Source of the DNA: the human T2T-CHM13v2.0 reference genome, Homo sapiens
DNA: 64,000 nt
Assembly (NCBI RefSeq): GCF_009914755.1
Contig: NC_060947.1
Direction: 5' to 3' (one strand)
This document shows positions 40,686-57,729 of the stretch, one piece after another. The translations under genes and the position numbers were made by a program. How positions within the stretch are numbered: the first letter of the stretch is position 1; every line of letters starts with the position of its first letter. The notes below the pieces were generated by a model. That model had not been told where the DNA came from and ran no database searches. It saw nothing but the letters and a program-made list of their open reading frames with translations.

Positions 40686-43600
40686 TTGGTTATTATCTTT
40701 CCGCAAGTTAGCTACAAGAGAAGAGACCAGCTTTCTGGTAAAGCTGAAATCACTGAAAAAAAAAATCTCATATAAATCTCTAGCTTGCAATATACTTGGA
40801 AAGATTATTTTGGACTAGATAACCTCCCAAATTAACATTATCCTCGTCCTCATCAACAAAGAATGAAGATTTAGGAAAATTGCTTAGAGTATTTAATAAA
40901 ATAGCTTGTTTCAGACAAAGATACTTAAGGGACCTTTTTCTAGAGAGAAAAAAATCTGAAATTATACAGAACGATTTTATATAACAGGAAATGAGACGAT
41001 GAGACTCATTCTGTCCTTCTCAGTGCCTAGTCCAATGACTTAGATTTGTGATTTGTGTGAGCCTAGGAGCAGGGTAGGTACTCTGTATCTACTGATTGAT
41101 TGGCTGTTCCATTTTAAAGGGATAAGCCATTTGAATTCCCAGAGTTAATAAAAGCCAACTCAATGACATGACAGCGCCTCAGAAGTGAGAACATTATAAG
41201 TAAGGTTCATGTTCCATTTAATGTTGTTTTTAATGGAGCAACAACAAACGTTTCTTTTATTGAGGAGATTTGCTTACATTTTGTCTAGCAGAAACAAAAT
41301 GGGTCAAGCATATGATAAAGTTAAATAAGATAATTGTGAAAAGGGGGAAAATAAGCAACAACTGGAAAGTATATACTAAAATATTTAATTGACCAAGATT
41401 GGAAATAAAAAGTGAGCATACGGACATTTTATGCTAGGAAATGAAAACAAGGCATTTAAAAAAGATTGTGTTAAAGATATTTGATCAAAAAACAAACAAA
41501 CATATGTATACACATACCAACATCTTCTGAAAAGAAAGAAAAAAAAAAGCTCACTTCGGTTCCCTAGGAGTCAACTCTAGTCTGGTACTTGTTCACATGA
41601 ACTTAAATCTAGGGTAAAAAGATTGTTTTTCGTTGCTGAAGTCAATTTGGCAAATTTGTAGTTTTGATATAAGTCAGATTTGCAGTTCACTCCTGGAAAT
41701 GGATTGTGCAATGGCCATACTATGTGTTCCTGCTGAATGACACAAAGCCACTTAGAATTATTTGAGGGCTGAGGTTAACCAATTATTGGGTTTACTTCTG
41801 CTGCTGCTCTGCCTTTGACCAGAGAAGCAGGGGAGAAAATGTCTAGTCAAGAGTGATAACTGAGACAAATACCTACCTTAGTCGTCTCTCACCTTCTCAG
41901 AGTACTTTATTTATTTTGGCCTGTGTTACAAATTTGGTACTTAATTTATATGTAACTGGGCATTTTATATTTAAATATCTCCTTCAAAAGACGGAAACTA
42001 CTTGAAGGCAAGGACTTTGTGTCAGGTTTCTTGTCACCCCCCTACACTTATCACACAGTCAGAGATTCCACCAGCTGGTCCTTTGTTCATTGTCAGTGAA
42101 ATTAAAACTCAGTGACACAGAGGTAATAACATCTCCCCTGACGTTTGCACAGCATAACTGAGATACAATTTGTCTTTTATATTATCTAGTATCATGGACA
42201 TTAGTAACAATCCAGAAATATTTCACATTTTGTGAATTTAAAACATTTAAATGATTTGAGGCTAACAGCTCCAATTTAGAAGCAGAAAACTAAATCTTAA
42301 ATTGTCTGAGTTGGTACTCACAGAAAAGTAATGCTAACTTTCCTCTCAGAAACCAAATAATGTTTAGGTCACAAGAGATCATTTTAAAAAGTGATAAACC
42401 AGTGGTTGTTGAAAAGGGCCACGGAATGATGTCATGATTCATTTTTTTCACAGCAAAATGTGAAGACAAGCCTTCAGTTCCCTTCTTGACCACCAGCATG
42501 GAACTAAACAATTAAACCTGTCAGAAAAAAAAAAGCTGCTGTATTTTAAGGTACAGTTTCATGCATTGTTTTACTTTCTCTCTGGCTACTTATAGGAGCT
42601 TGAAAAAATAAAAAGGCCAGGAAATATGTACCCTGGGAGCCAAACTCAAACTGCAAACTCAGCTTCCAATTCTCTCAATGAGCCTGGGGTTTAGCTTGAG
42701 TGACAGTGGAATCCCCAGCCAGCCAATTAGAGCATGGTTGAATTGGAGTAAGGCTGAGAGATGCAAGAAACAAAGTCATGCTAGAATGTACAGGTGGGTG
42801 AGGAGTACTGGGAAGTGCACTGCAGCTGGCAGAAGTGATTAGGCTTGATTTAAATTGAGTTTCCTAACACTGGTACTAGAGCAAGGAACAGCCGGATTTA
42901 CATGGAATGGATGGGCTTTTTTCTGAACAGTAGCTGCCATAAAAGCAGAGTTAGAAATGAGCATGATGCAAACCACTGGGAAGGGCTCATTAGCCACATT
43001 TCACTTTTATGACACTCTAAATGGCATTCCATATATATTTTGCATGGGTTTCTTGCAATCTGAAATCAGCATTTCTGTGAGTGGTGAATGTGCCTTTTTA
43101 TAATGGATATGAGAGTTTATTTTTAAGGCAGTTAATAGTTTTGAGAATTTGTGCAGTTTGTAATAACTAAATATCAGTTCTAAAACCTTGGATGTTGTAT
43201 TTTTTTAAACAAAATTGGCTATTGTTTTCATGATTTTTCTTCTACAGTTTATAAAATCAGAGATGGCTCATACAAGGGAATTCTCTTCTTGGGCAAACAG
43301 AAAAATATTTGTAATCTGTATTACAAGTACTAATTATGTGAGCAGATATTTTATGATTGTTTATTTAAGTAGTTCAAATTCCTGTCTTTCTATCTTACAA
43401 TGCACATGGCCCCTTTGCTTCCTATAAGCAACCCTTTTCAGGCGGCATGTGGAAAGTGTGACTTTTCTTCTCTCAAATGTTTGTCTTATAGGTCTCTAAT
43501 AAATTAAACTGTTTTCACTTATCTGATAAAGATAGTATTTTTTTGCAGGAAATTATTATTTACTGTTCTCTTTAGAGATCTCAATGGCAATATTCTATAT

Positions 43601-44020
43601 CAATAGGAGTTGTGATTAACTGAAAAGCATTGCACCCAACAAACACACATTGTTTACATAGATTGTAATGTAGTTTCTATATTTGAGAACATAAACTGTT
43701 ATTTTAAAGCCTCTCTTGCTAGCAAGTTTTAAAATAATTTCTTAAAAAACAAGAGATTCAAGTAGTCAAAAAATTGGTACTAAACAACTGTTGCTTTTCT
43801 TCTTTGAAAGAGACATGTAATTGAACTTTTCCTATCATCATGATTAATACGGTAACACTGTAGATTTTTCATTCATTCCTTGTTGTCAACAGCTGAGAAA
43901 TAAAGTGAAGATATGACAGCTATATAGGCATTTGTTTTATACAACTGATAGAAGAAATTGTACAGAAACTCAAACAAACAACGGCTGCAAAAAGTAGAAG
44001 AAAACCCAAAACTATGACAT

Positions 44021-44416
44021 TGCTATGGTTTGAGTGTTTGTGCTCTTCTGAATTTTATATTGAAACTTAATTACCATTGTGGTGGTATTAAGAGGTGGAC
44101 CATTTGGGGAAGTAGTTATGAGGGCTCTGCCTTCATGAATGGGATTAGTGTCCTTACCATGGAGGCTCCAGCTTCTTGGCCCTTCTATTTCTTCTGTCAT
44201 GTGTGAAGACAGTGTTTATTCCTTATGTCTTTTCCACCATGTGAGAATGCCTCAACAAAGGGCCATCTATAGAATAGCCCTTGTCAGATGTCAAATACGC
44301 TGCCACCATTATCTTGGACTTCCCAGGCCTCCAAAACTATAACAAATAAATTTGTATTACTTATAAATTACCTAGTCTACGGTATTTTGCCATTGCACCA
44401 AAAACAGACCAAGACT
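44021..44416 (+). mobile_element. MaLR MST solo LTR
   Basis: 'tgctatggtttgagtg...cagaccaagact'; near-TSD gacat/ggcat. Confidence 0.88.
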
Positions 44417-44513
44417 GGCATGTATCATTTTAATTATTTAATCAATTGTGTACTATTAGTGTTTACAAAAACTATTCTAATACCAAAATAATACATAAAC
44501 AATATTTGGTGTG

Positions 44514-44871
44514 TGATATGGTTTGGCTGTGTCCCCACCCAGACCTCATCTTGAATTCCCACATATTGTGGTAGGGACCCAGTGAAAGGTAATTGAATCA
44601 TGGGGGCAGGTCTTTCCCATGCTGTTCTCGAAATAGTGAATAAGACTCACAAGATTTGATGGTTATAAAAAGGGGAGTTCCCCTGCACAAGTGCTCCTCT
44701 CTCTGCCTGCTGCTATCCATGTAAGACATGACTTGCTCCTCCTTGCCTTCTGCCATGATTGTGAGGCTTCCCCAGCCACGTGGAACTGTAAGTCCAATTA
44801 AACCTCTTTCTTTTGTAAATTGCCCAGTCTCGGGTATGTCTTTATTGGCAGCATGAAAACAGACTAATACA
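44514..44871 (+). mobile_element. THE1 (THE1B-like) solo LTR
   Basis: 'tgatatggtttggctgtgtccccaccca...gaaaacagactaataca'; perfect TSD gtgtg. Confidence 0.93.
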
Positions 44872-45224
44872 GTGTGTATATGTTATAGATAAATAGAAGT
44901 TTGAGTTCTGACTTCTGAAATAAATAGTTCTCAAACTGAGTTAGGCTATCAGAGTCTCACAAGATAGACAAAATTAATGAGAGTTTTAAAATATACCTCA
45001 ACTTCTTTTTTCTAGCCTAATTTCTATACTTTAATTAATCTGTAATTTACATATATTGAACAAAAAGAGACATCCAGAATCTACTTCATTTAAATAAACA
45101 TTGCAGTTGCTGCTAAATCCACATGCATCTTTTTTCTTTCTTGTTTCAACTTTTAGGTACATACTTACCCTTTAATTCTATATTTAAGGTAACAGAGACA
45201 TGGACTTTTTAAGGTAACAGAGAC

Positions 45225-45445
45225 ATGGACTTGAGAAGACAACTTGGCTCAATTCCTAGCTCTGCAGCTTACTTACTAGGTTTGTGTCTTTGGGTAAGTT
45301 AATTAATGTGATTTTGCCTCAGTTTATAACTCATCTAAAAATTGAGAATACAGACTCTTTTGGGTTATTATAAAAATTAAACGACATAAAGTAATTACAA
45401 TACTGCTAACACTATGTTAGCACTTAACAAATGTTTACTACCATG
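45225..45445 (+). mobile_element. MIR SINE
   Basis: 'ttggctcaattcctagctctgc...ttgggtaagttaattaa...gcctcagttt...catctaaaa'. Confidence 0.75.
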
Positions 45446-45725
45446 AATTCAGGCCTAGAATTTAAGTGTAGCATCACCTAACAACCCACAAATATATCAA
45501 TGAAGTTACAGTGAAAAAAGTGCCTAATACTGAAAAGTATACTGTTAAGCTATTAAGAGAATATAAGAGGGGTTACCACTAACTAAACCTTCTTAAGAAT
45601 TGCATTTAATATCTCAATATGATTTCCATATAACTGAGAATTTCCACACCAAGTTATTTAACTGAGAAAAATTATATATATCTACACAAAAACTTATATA
45701 GTACTGTTCATATAATCTTTATCTC

Positions 45726-46148
45726 TGCTATGGTATGAATTTTTGTCTCCTTCATAATTCATGTTGAAACTTAATCCCTAATGTGGCATTATCAAGGTGG
45801 AGGGTGGCTTTAAGAGGTGATTGGGTCAAGAGGACTCTGCCCTCATAAATGACTTAATCTCATGCATGGATTAATGGGTTATCACTGGAGTGGGACTGGT
45901 GGCTTTACAAGAAAAGGAACAGAGAGTTGAGCTAGCACATTAGCATGGTCAGTCCCCTTGCCATGTGATGCCCTGTGACAACTTGGGACTCTGCACAGAG
46001 TCCCCACCAGCAAGAAGACCCTCATCAGATGTGGCCCCTTGACTTTGGACTTCTCAGCCTCCAGAACTGTAAGAAATAAATATATTGTCTTTATAAAGTA
46101 CCCAGTTTCAGTTATTCTGTTATTAGCAACAGAAAACAAATCAAGATG
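45726..46148 (+). mobile_element. MaLR MST solo LTR inserted in an L1ME 3' fragment (about 45640-46430)
   Basis: 'tgctatggtatgaat...ttggacttctcagcctccagaactgtaagaaataaa...agcaacagaaaac'. Confidence 0.87.
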
Positions 46149-47803
46149 ATCCTAATAGCCAAAACCTGCAAACAACTCAAATGTCTGTCAACAAATAAAT
46201 GAATAAACAAATTATGGTATACCTATATGATGGAATACTACTTAGTAATAAGAAAGAACTACTGATAACATGCCATATCTTAGCTGAATCTGGAGAACAT
46301 TTTACTGAGTGAAAAAGCCAGGTATAAAAGAGTAGATATTATATGATGTTATTTACATAAAATTCAAGCCATGACAAATCTAAATTATAATGATAAAAAG
46401 CATTAGTGGTTATCTGAGGCTGAGAATAGGAATTAAACAATGCTATTTGTTAAAAGTAATCTGTTTTAAGTATTTGTGTGATTTCTATTTTCCAGACTGC
46501 ATCCTAACAAACAACTGTGTCAAGACATTTGAACAGCATATTCTACACAAATATAATAAAAAGGAAATGATAAAGATAAAAGAAATTAATAGAATGGAAA
46601 GTGATGGAGATAAACAAGTGAAAAGATGGTCCTTTGAAAAGACTAAAACATGGCCAATGCACTGGCAAGAATGATTGGGACAATAAACAAAATATATATG
46701 CCAGGGCAGCTCCCGGCGAGATCGACGCAAAAGGTGGGTGATTTCTGCATTTCCAACTGGGGTACTCAGTTCACCTCATTGGGACTGGTTGGACAGTGGG
46801 TGTAGCCCAGGGAGGGTGAGCCAAAGCAGGGTGGGGCATTGTCTCACCCCAGAAGCACAAGGGGTCGGGGGATTTCCCGTTCCTAGCCAAGGGAAGCCGT
46901 GAGACACTGTACCGGGAGAAACTGCACTCTGGCCCAGATACTGCACTTTTCCCATGGTCTTCGAAACCAGCAGACCAGGAGACTCCCTCCCGTGCCTGGC
47001 TCAATGGGTCCCACCCTCACAGAGCCCAGCAAGCTAAGATCCACTGGCTTGAAATTCTTGCTGCTAGCACAGCAGTCTGAGATCCACCTGGGACTCTCCA
47101 GCTTGCTGACGGGGGAAGGGTCGTCGCCATTGCTGAGGCTTGAGTAGGCAGTTTTCCCCTCACAGTGTAAACAAGGCATCCTGGAAGTTCAAAGTGGGTG
47201 GAGCCCACTGCAGCTCAGCAAGGCTGCTGCAGGGGCATCTCTGAAAAGAAGGCAGCAGCCCCAGTCAGGGGCTTATAGATAAAACCCTCATCTCCCTGGG
47301 ACAGAGCACCTGGGGGAAGGGGTGGCTGTGGGCGCAGCTTCAGCAGACTTAAACGTCTCTGCCTGGCAGCTCTTAAGAGAGCAGTGGATCTCCCAGCACA
47401 GTATTTGAGCTCTGATAAGGGACAGGCTGCCTCCTCAACTGGGTCCCTGACCCCCATGTATCCTGACTGAGAGACATCTCCCAGTAGGGGCTGACAGATA
47501 CCTCATACAGGAGAGCTCTTGCTGACATCTGGTGGGTGCCCCTCTGGGATGAAGCCTCCAGAGGAAGGAACAGGCAGCAATCTTTGCTGTTCTGCAGCCT
47601 CTGCTGGTGATACCCAGGCAAACAGGGTCTGGAGTAGACCTCCAGCAAACCCCAGCAGCTCTGCAGAAGAGGGGCCTGGCTGTTAGAAGGAAAACTAACA
47701 AACAGAAAGGGATAGTAGCAACATCAACAAAAAGGACGTCCACTCAGAGACCCCATCCAAAGGTCACCAGCATCAAAGACCAAAGGTAGATAAATCCACA
47801 AAG

Positions 47804-48816
47804 ATGGGGAAAAACCGCCGCAAAAAGGCTGAAAACTCCAAAAACCAGAACGTCTCTTCTCCAAAGGATCAGAACTCCTTGGCAGCAAGGGAACAAAACT
47901 GGATGGAGAAGGAGTTTGACGAATTCACAGAAGTAGACTTCAGAAGGTGGGTAATAACAAACTCCTCAAAGCTAAAGGAGCATGTTCTAACCCAATGCAA
48001 GGAAGCTAAGAACCTTGGAAAAAGGTTAGACGAATTGCTAACTAGAATAACCAGTTGAGAGAAGAACACAAATGACATGATGGAGCTGAAAAGCACAGCA
48101 AGAGAACTTCGTGAAGCATACACAAGTATCAATAGCCAAATCAATCAAGTGGAAGAAAGGATATCAGAGATTGAAGATCAACTCAATGAAATAAAGCAAG
48201 AAGACAATATTAGAGAAAAAAGTGAAAAGAAACAAAGCCTCCAAGAAATACGGGACTATGTGAAAAATCCAAATCTACATTTGATTGGTGTACCTGAAAG
48301 TGATGGGGAGAATGGAACCAAGTTGGAAAACACTCTTCAGGATATTATCCAGGAGAACATCCCCAACCTAACAAGGCAGATCAACATTCAAATTCAGGAA
48401 ATACTGAGAACACCACTAAGACATTCCTTGAGAAGAGCAACCCCAAGACACATAATCATCAGATTCACCAAGGTTGAAATTAAGGAAAAAATGTTAAGGG
48501 CAGCCAGAGAGAAAGGTCGGGTTACCCACAAAGGGGGGCCCATCAGACTAACAGCACATCTCTCGGTAGAAACCCTATTAGCCAGAAGAGAGTAGGGACC
48601 AATATTCAACATTCTTAAAAGAATTCTCAACCCAGAGTTTCGTATCCAGCCAAACTAAGCTTCTTAAGTGAAGAAGAAATAAAATCCTTTACAGTCAAGC
48701 AAATGCTGAGAGATTTTGTCACCACCAGGCCTGCCTCACAAGAGCTCCTGAAGGAAGCACTAAACGTGGAAAGGAACAACTGGTACCAGCCACTGCAAAA
48801 ACACACCAAATTGTAA
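47804..48816 (+). pseudogene. L1 ORF1p remnant with stops and frameshifts
   Basis: MGKNRRKKAENSKNQ...; NLHLIGVPE; RRATPRHIIIRF; ends near 'caccaaattgtaa'. Confidence 0.9.
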
Positions 48817-48879
48817 AGACCATCAATGCTATGAAGGAACTGCATCAACTAATGGGCAAAATAACCAGCTAGCATCATA

Positions 48880-52640
<3,761 letters not shown>

Positions 52641-52850
52641 ATGAGAACACATGGACACAGGGAGGGGAACATCACACACTAGGGCCTGTTAGGGGATAGG
52701 GGGGCTAGAGGAGGGATAGCATTAGGAGAAACACCTACTGTAGAGGACAAGTTGATAGGTGCAGCAAACTACCAAGGCACATGTATGTATACCCATGTAA
52801 CAAACCACGTTCTGCATATGTACCCCAGAACTTAAAGTGTAATAATAATA

Positions 52851-52852
<2 letters not shown>

Positions 52853-52884
<32 letters not shown>
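52853..52884. repeat. (TA)n microsatellite at the L1 tail/TSD junction
   Basis: Pure TA run. Confidence 0.95.
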
Positions 52885-52887
<3 letters not shown>

Positions 52888-53255
52888 TGCCAGGAACAAA
52901 GAAAGATAAATTGCTACAGATTACACAGATATTTAAGAGAGCATAAAGGATGTTATCAATAATGTTAGAATAATAAATTATAAACTTATATAAAATGGGC
53001 AATTTCTTAATAAAACACATTATTGAATGTATCCCATAAATATGTACAGTTATTATGTATTAACTGAAAAGGAAAAAAATTAAAAGTAAAAATTCTGAAT
53101 AGCCACATTTTATTAAATAAATTGATTATTAAATAATCCTCACAAAGAAAACTCCAGGCACAAATTACTTCACAAGTAAATTCTTCTAAAAGTTCAATTT
53201 TAAAAAAGATATCTATTTGATATAAATTTTTCTAGAGAGTCAAAAAGTGAAGACT

Positions 53256-53568
<313 letters not shown>

Positions 53569-54632
53569 GTGAAGACTTTCCAACTTGTTTTGTGACTCTA
53601 ATGTAAAGTTTGAGTTGAAAAACCTAATGAGACTCTTAATAAAGGAAAATTACAGGCCAATATAAGAAAAATGGATACATAAATCAAAAATGAAAAATTA
53701 GCATAACACATCAAAATATACATAAAATAAAATGTATTATGGTCAAGTAGCTTTACGAGAATTAAAGGTTGGATTCATATTTAAGAATAGATCAGTGCCA
53801 TTTTGCACACCATCAAATAAAGGATAAAAAAAATCACATGATCATTTCAACTGATATGGGGAAAGCAATTGATAAAATACAATGTCCAAACATTACTTAC
53901 CAAAAAGAAAAAATAACCTCTTAGCGAACTAGAAATTGGAGACAGCTTTCTTAAATTTGTCAAGATTTTCTACAAAAAATAAAACTATGTGAAACATCAT
54001 TGAATTTAATCGCAAAATGTTGAAAGGCTTCCCTCTATGATAAAGAATAAAGGGACGTACTCTATAATCACTTCTATTCATCATTGAATTGAAAGTTCCA
54101 AGAGTGCAAAAATGTCAGAAAAATGAACGAAAGTACGTGTGTTTTTAAGGAAGAAATAAAACTGTAATTCTCATATATCATTGTCTATTCAGAAAATTAA
54201 AAATAACAGGAAGACTAATCAAATAAATAATGGTATTGGCAAGTTTAATACAAAAATATCCATTGCATTTCTATATCCTAGCAAAATTGGAAAATAAAAT
54301 GTTAAAATGATACCATTTATAATAGTATAAAGCACACATATCTTCCCAAAATAAAACTGAATCAAAAAACATATGTTAGAATGTTTGTGGCAGTTTTATT
54401 TGTGATTGCCAAAATGAGAAACAACCCAATGTCTGTTAGTAAATGGATAAATAAATATAGGACACATCATACAATGAAAACCTATAATAGCAATGGTTCT
54501 TAGACTTTTTATCTAAGGACAGTTTTACACTTTAACAAAAAATTGAAGACCTTAAAATGCTTTTGTTTATACTAGTTTTGTCTATCGATATTTACAGTAT
54601 TAGCAACTGAAACTGAGATGTTTTAAATGTTC

Positions 54633-55530
54633 TGTCAAGAATTGTGAAGTGTCTGAGAATTTCCTGTGCTTGCAAGCTAACAAGTTAGCCTGCCAGAGTT
54701 TCATGTATGCTAGTAGAAGACACAAGAATATCAGGTCAAAGACAAAGGACATTATAACTTACAGCAATAGCAGTACCCAGAGTATCAGCATTATCTTGTG
54801 TCAGTTTTCCAAGCCCAAGTTCCCCAGGACAACATGATTAGGGCCAAGTGACAGCAGCACATGCAATGAGTAATGTTACAGAAGAGAAACCCTGAGCTTA
54901 GGAGCCTGATCATTTTATAATGAGCAATAAGCATACCTTCTCTTTGTTCAGGAGGGAGACACTACCTCTCTTTTCCAAAGCTATCCCTTATATAAACATC
55001 CTTGAAAAAGCACTCCGGAACAAAGGCAGTGAGCGCTTCCATTCTAGCAAAGACTTGGAACCAACCCAAATGTCCAACAATGATAGACTGGATTAAGAAA
55101 ATGTGGCACATATACACCATGGAATACTATGCAGCCGTAAAAAATGATGAGTTCATGTCCTTTGTAGGGACATGGATGAAACTGGAAATCATCATTCTCA
55201 GTAAACTATCGCCAAGGACAAAAAACCAAACACCACATGTTCTCACTCATAGGTGGGAATTGAACAATGAGAACACATGGACACAGGAAGGGGAACATCA
55301 CACTCTGGGGACTGTTGTGGGGTGGGGGGAGCGGGGAGGGATAGCATTAGGAGATATACCTAATGCTAAATGACGAGTTAATGCGTGCAGCACACCAGCA
55401 TGGCACATGTATACATATGTAACTAACCTGCACATTGTGCACATGTACCCTAAAACTTAAAGTATAATAATAATAAAATAAAAAAAAAAGTACAGAAACA
55501 GAAGCGATTCAAAGAATTATCCTCTAGCCC
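54633..55530 (-). mobile_element. LTR40-like ERVL solo LTR, interrupted by an L1PA3-like fragment
   Basis: 'tgtcaagaattgtgaag...cttgcaagctaacaagttagcctgcca...cagagacaaaggac'-like; resumes after the L1 tail at about 55490. Confidence 0.75.
55045..55489 (+). mobile_element. L1PA3-like 3' fragment
   Basis: 'gcattaggagatatacctaatgctaaatgacgagttaat...aactaacctgcacattgtgcac...aaagtataataat' followed by an A tail. Confidence 0.9.
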
Positions 55531-56145
55531 ACTCATTCCATGTTAAAATAAATAACATTTTATGAAAAATGGCTATTTTCCAAAACAAAATAAAATTATT
55601 GGAGAGAGTGGCATTGCTTTACAAGTTTACAAATCTATTCAATGTCTGGTTTAGTGAAAGAAGTGTATCTGCTTTTGCATTCATTCTGTTTTGATATCAC
55701 ATGTTATATAGCGTTTGGAAACTTCTATATACTCACAAGAAAATGAAAAGTCAAATAACATATATTGATGATGATTGATAGTTTTTTGATGTTACTGACT
55801 CTCTGAAAGGGTCTCGGGAATTCCCAAGGGTGCCCAGACTACACTTTGAGAACTGATTCCATGTATCAGTACAAATAAAACAGTGCAGAAACTAATCGCA
55901 TGGATGAACCTCAAAGGACCAAATATATCAAAAACAAAATTGAATATACTATGTGATTCCATTTATATTAACTTCAGAAAGATTAATTGTGATAGGAGTC
56001 GGAAAGGTTAGCGATTAGGAGGAGGTATGGATAGGGACAGTGCTGAGTTCCTGGCTACATTTTGATTCTTACTAGTGTTTTCATAAATGCACTCACTGCA
56101 TAAATTGGAAAAAATGTGTACAAGAATGGTTTTAGCAGCGTTCTC

Positions 56146-56602
56146 TATTAGAGTTATGTGTTGTGTCCCACCAAAGGATGTGAAGTCCTAACCCCCAGTA
56201 ATCAGAATGTGACTTTATTTGGTCATGGGGTCATTGCAGATGTAGTTGGTTAAGATGAGGTCATACTGGAGTACACTAGGTTCTTAATTCAATATGACTG
56301 CTATTCTTACAGGGAAAGGGAAGTTTGGGCAGAAATACATAGGGAGAATGTCATGTGATAACAAAGACAAATATTGGAATTATGCAGCTGCACACCAAGG
56401 AATGCCAAAGATTGCTGGCAAATAAACATAAGCTAGAAAGAGGAAAGGAAAGATTCCCCTACAGGTTCCAGAGGGAGTATTGCCCTGCAGACACCTTGAA
56501 TTTGGACTTCCATCCTCCAGAACTGTGAGACAATACATTTCTAATGTTTTAAGCCACTTGATTTGTAGTACTTTGTTATGGCAGCCCTCGGGAAATAGTA
56601 CA
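56146..56602 (+). mobile_element. MLT1C-like MaLR solo LTR
   Basis: 'gaagtcctaacccccagt...ccaaggaatgccaaagattgctggca...ttgttatggcagccct'. Confidence 0.85.
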
Positions 56603-56790
56603 GCAAGTAACTGGGAGCAACCTAGATGTCTGAAACAGATGGAAAATTAAATAAAATACTGCAAGAAAATTTTTAAATAAATGAGGTAGATATGTAAGTA
56701 CTAATATAAAAATGTTCAAAATAAATCTAAAAGAGCAAGTTACATAAAAATGTATTGTATTGTTACATTTGTGTAAAGGAAACTAATACA

Positions 56791-56813
56791 CGTGTGTGTG
56801 TGTGTGTGTGTGT
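56791..56813 (+). repeat. (GT)n microsatellite
   Basis: Pure GT run. Confidence 0.95.
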
Positions 56814-57384
56814 CTATTTGAAAGGAAACAATAGAAATATCAATAGTTTTATGTCTGTGGGATAAATAACCAGAAAAAGGGAATATCTTATTTTTTTAGT
56901 TTAACCTTTAATTTTTAAACCATAATCATGTATAGCTTTTATAATGGAAAAAATGCAAATCTGTTCCTTTACTGTCCAAGTTATTTCAGTGGATTCTTTT
57001 TGCCTGTAAAAGTTGAAATCCTTATCCAAGACCTACACTGTGGCTTCCCCAAACTCTCCATCCTTGGCTTTACCTCTTTCTGTCCCTACTCTTTCTTACC
57101 TCTAAATGGTGCCTGGAACATAGAAGACACTCAAACATTTGTTACTTGAATAAATAAATTAATTAACTGCTCCAATGCACCTTAAGTTTAACAGATCAAG
57201 GCCTTCTTTCTAAATATAACACTTTCAACTTTCTCAACCTATCCCCTTCGCATGTTATAAGGCTAAGCTTAAACATCACTTCTGCTAGGAAGACTGCCTG
57301 ACATTGCAAACTTTGTTAGGTCTGTCTGGTTCTAGGCTCCCAGGACACCTATTTCTCCCACTTAACACTCAGAATAGTAGTACT

Positions 57385-57720
57385 GAGGTTGAGTATCCCT
57401 TTCTGAAATGCTTAGGACCAGAAAGTAGTGTTTCAGATTTTAGATTTTTTTCAGATTTTGGAATATTTGCACATACATAATGAGATATCTTGGGACTCAA
57501 GGCTAAACATGAAATTCATTTATGTTTCATATACATCTTATACACATAGCCTGAAGGTATCTTTATACAATATTTTAAATAATTTTGTGCATAAAACGAA
57601 GTTTATATTAAGTACTTATGTGTGGAATTTTCCATGGTGGTGTCATGTCACTGCTCATAAAGTTATGGATTTTGGAGCTTTTCAGGTGTCAGATTTTCAG
57701 ATTAAGGAAGCTCATCGTGT
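57385..57720. mobile_element. Tigger4 (Zombi/MER46) DNA transposon
   Basis: TIR 'aggttgagtatccctttctgaaatgcttaggaccagaa' and right end 'ttcagattaaggaagctca'. Confidence 0.85.
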
Positions 57721-57729
57721 AATCTTGTA

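Larger units (their letters stand above)
54490..55856 (-). mobile_element. hAT-Charlie (Charlie4a-like) DNA transposon, split by an LTR
   Basis: Ends 'caatggttcttagactttt' and 'ctctgaaagggtctcggga...cacactttgagaactg'-like; the two halves lie at 54490-54632 and 55530-55856. Confidence 0.7.

Noticed and set aside
55318-55341. G-quadruplex-forming tract
   Set aside because: Standard L1 3'UTR G-rich tract, not specific to this locus.
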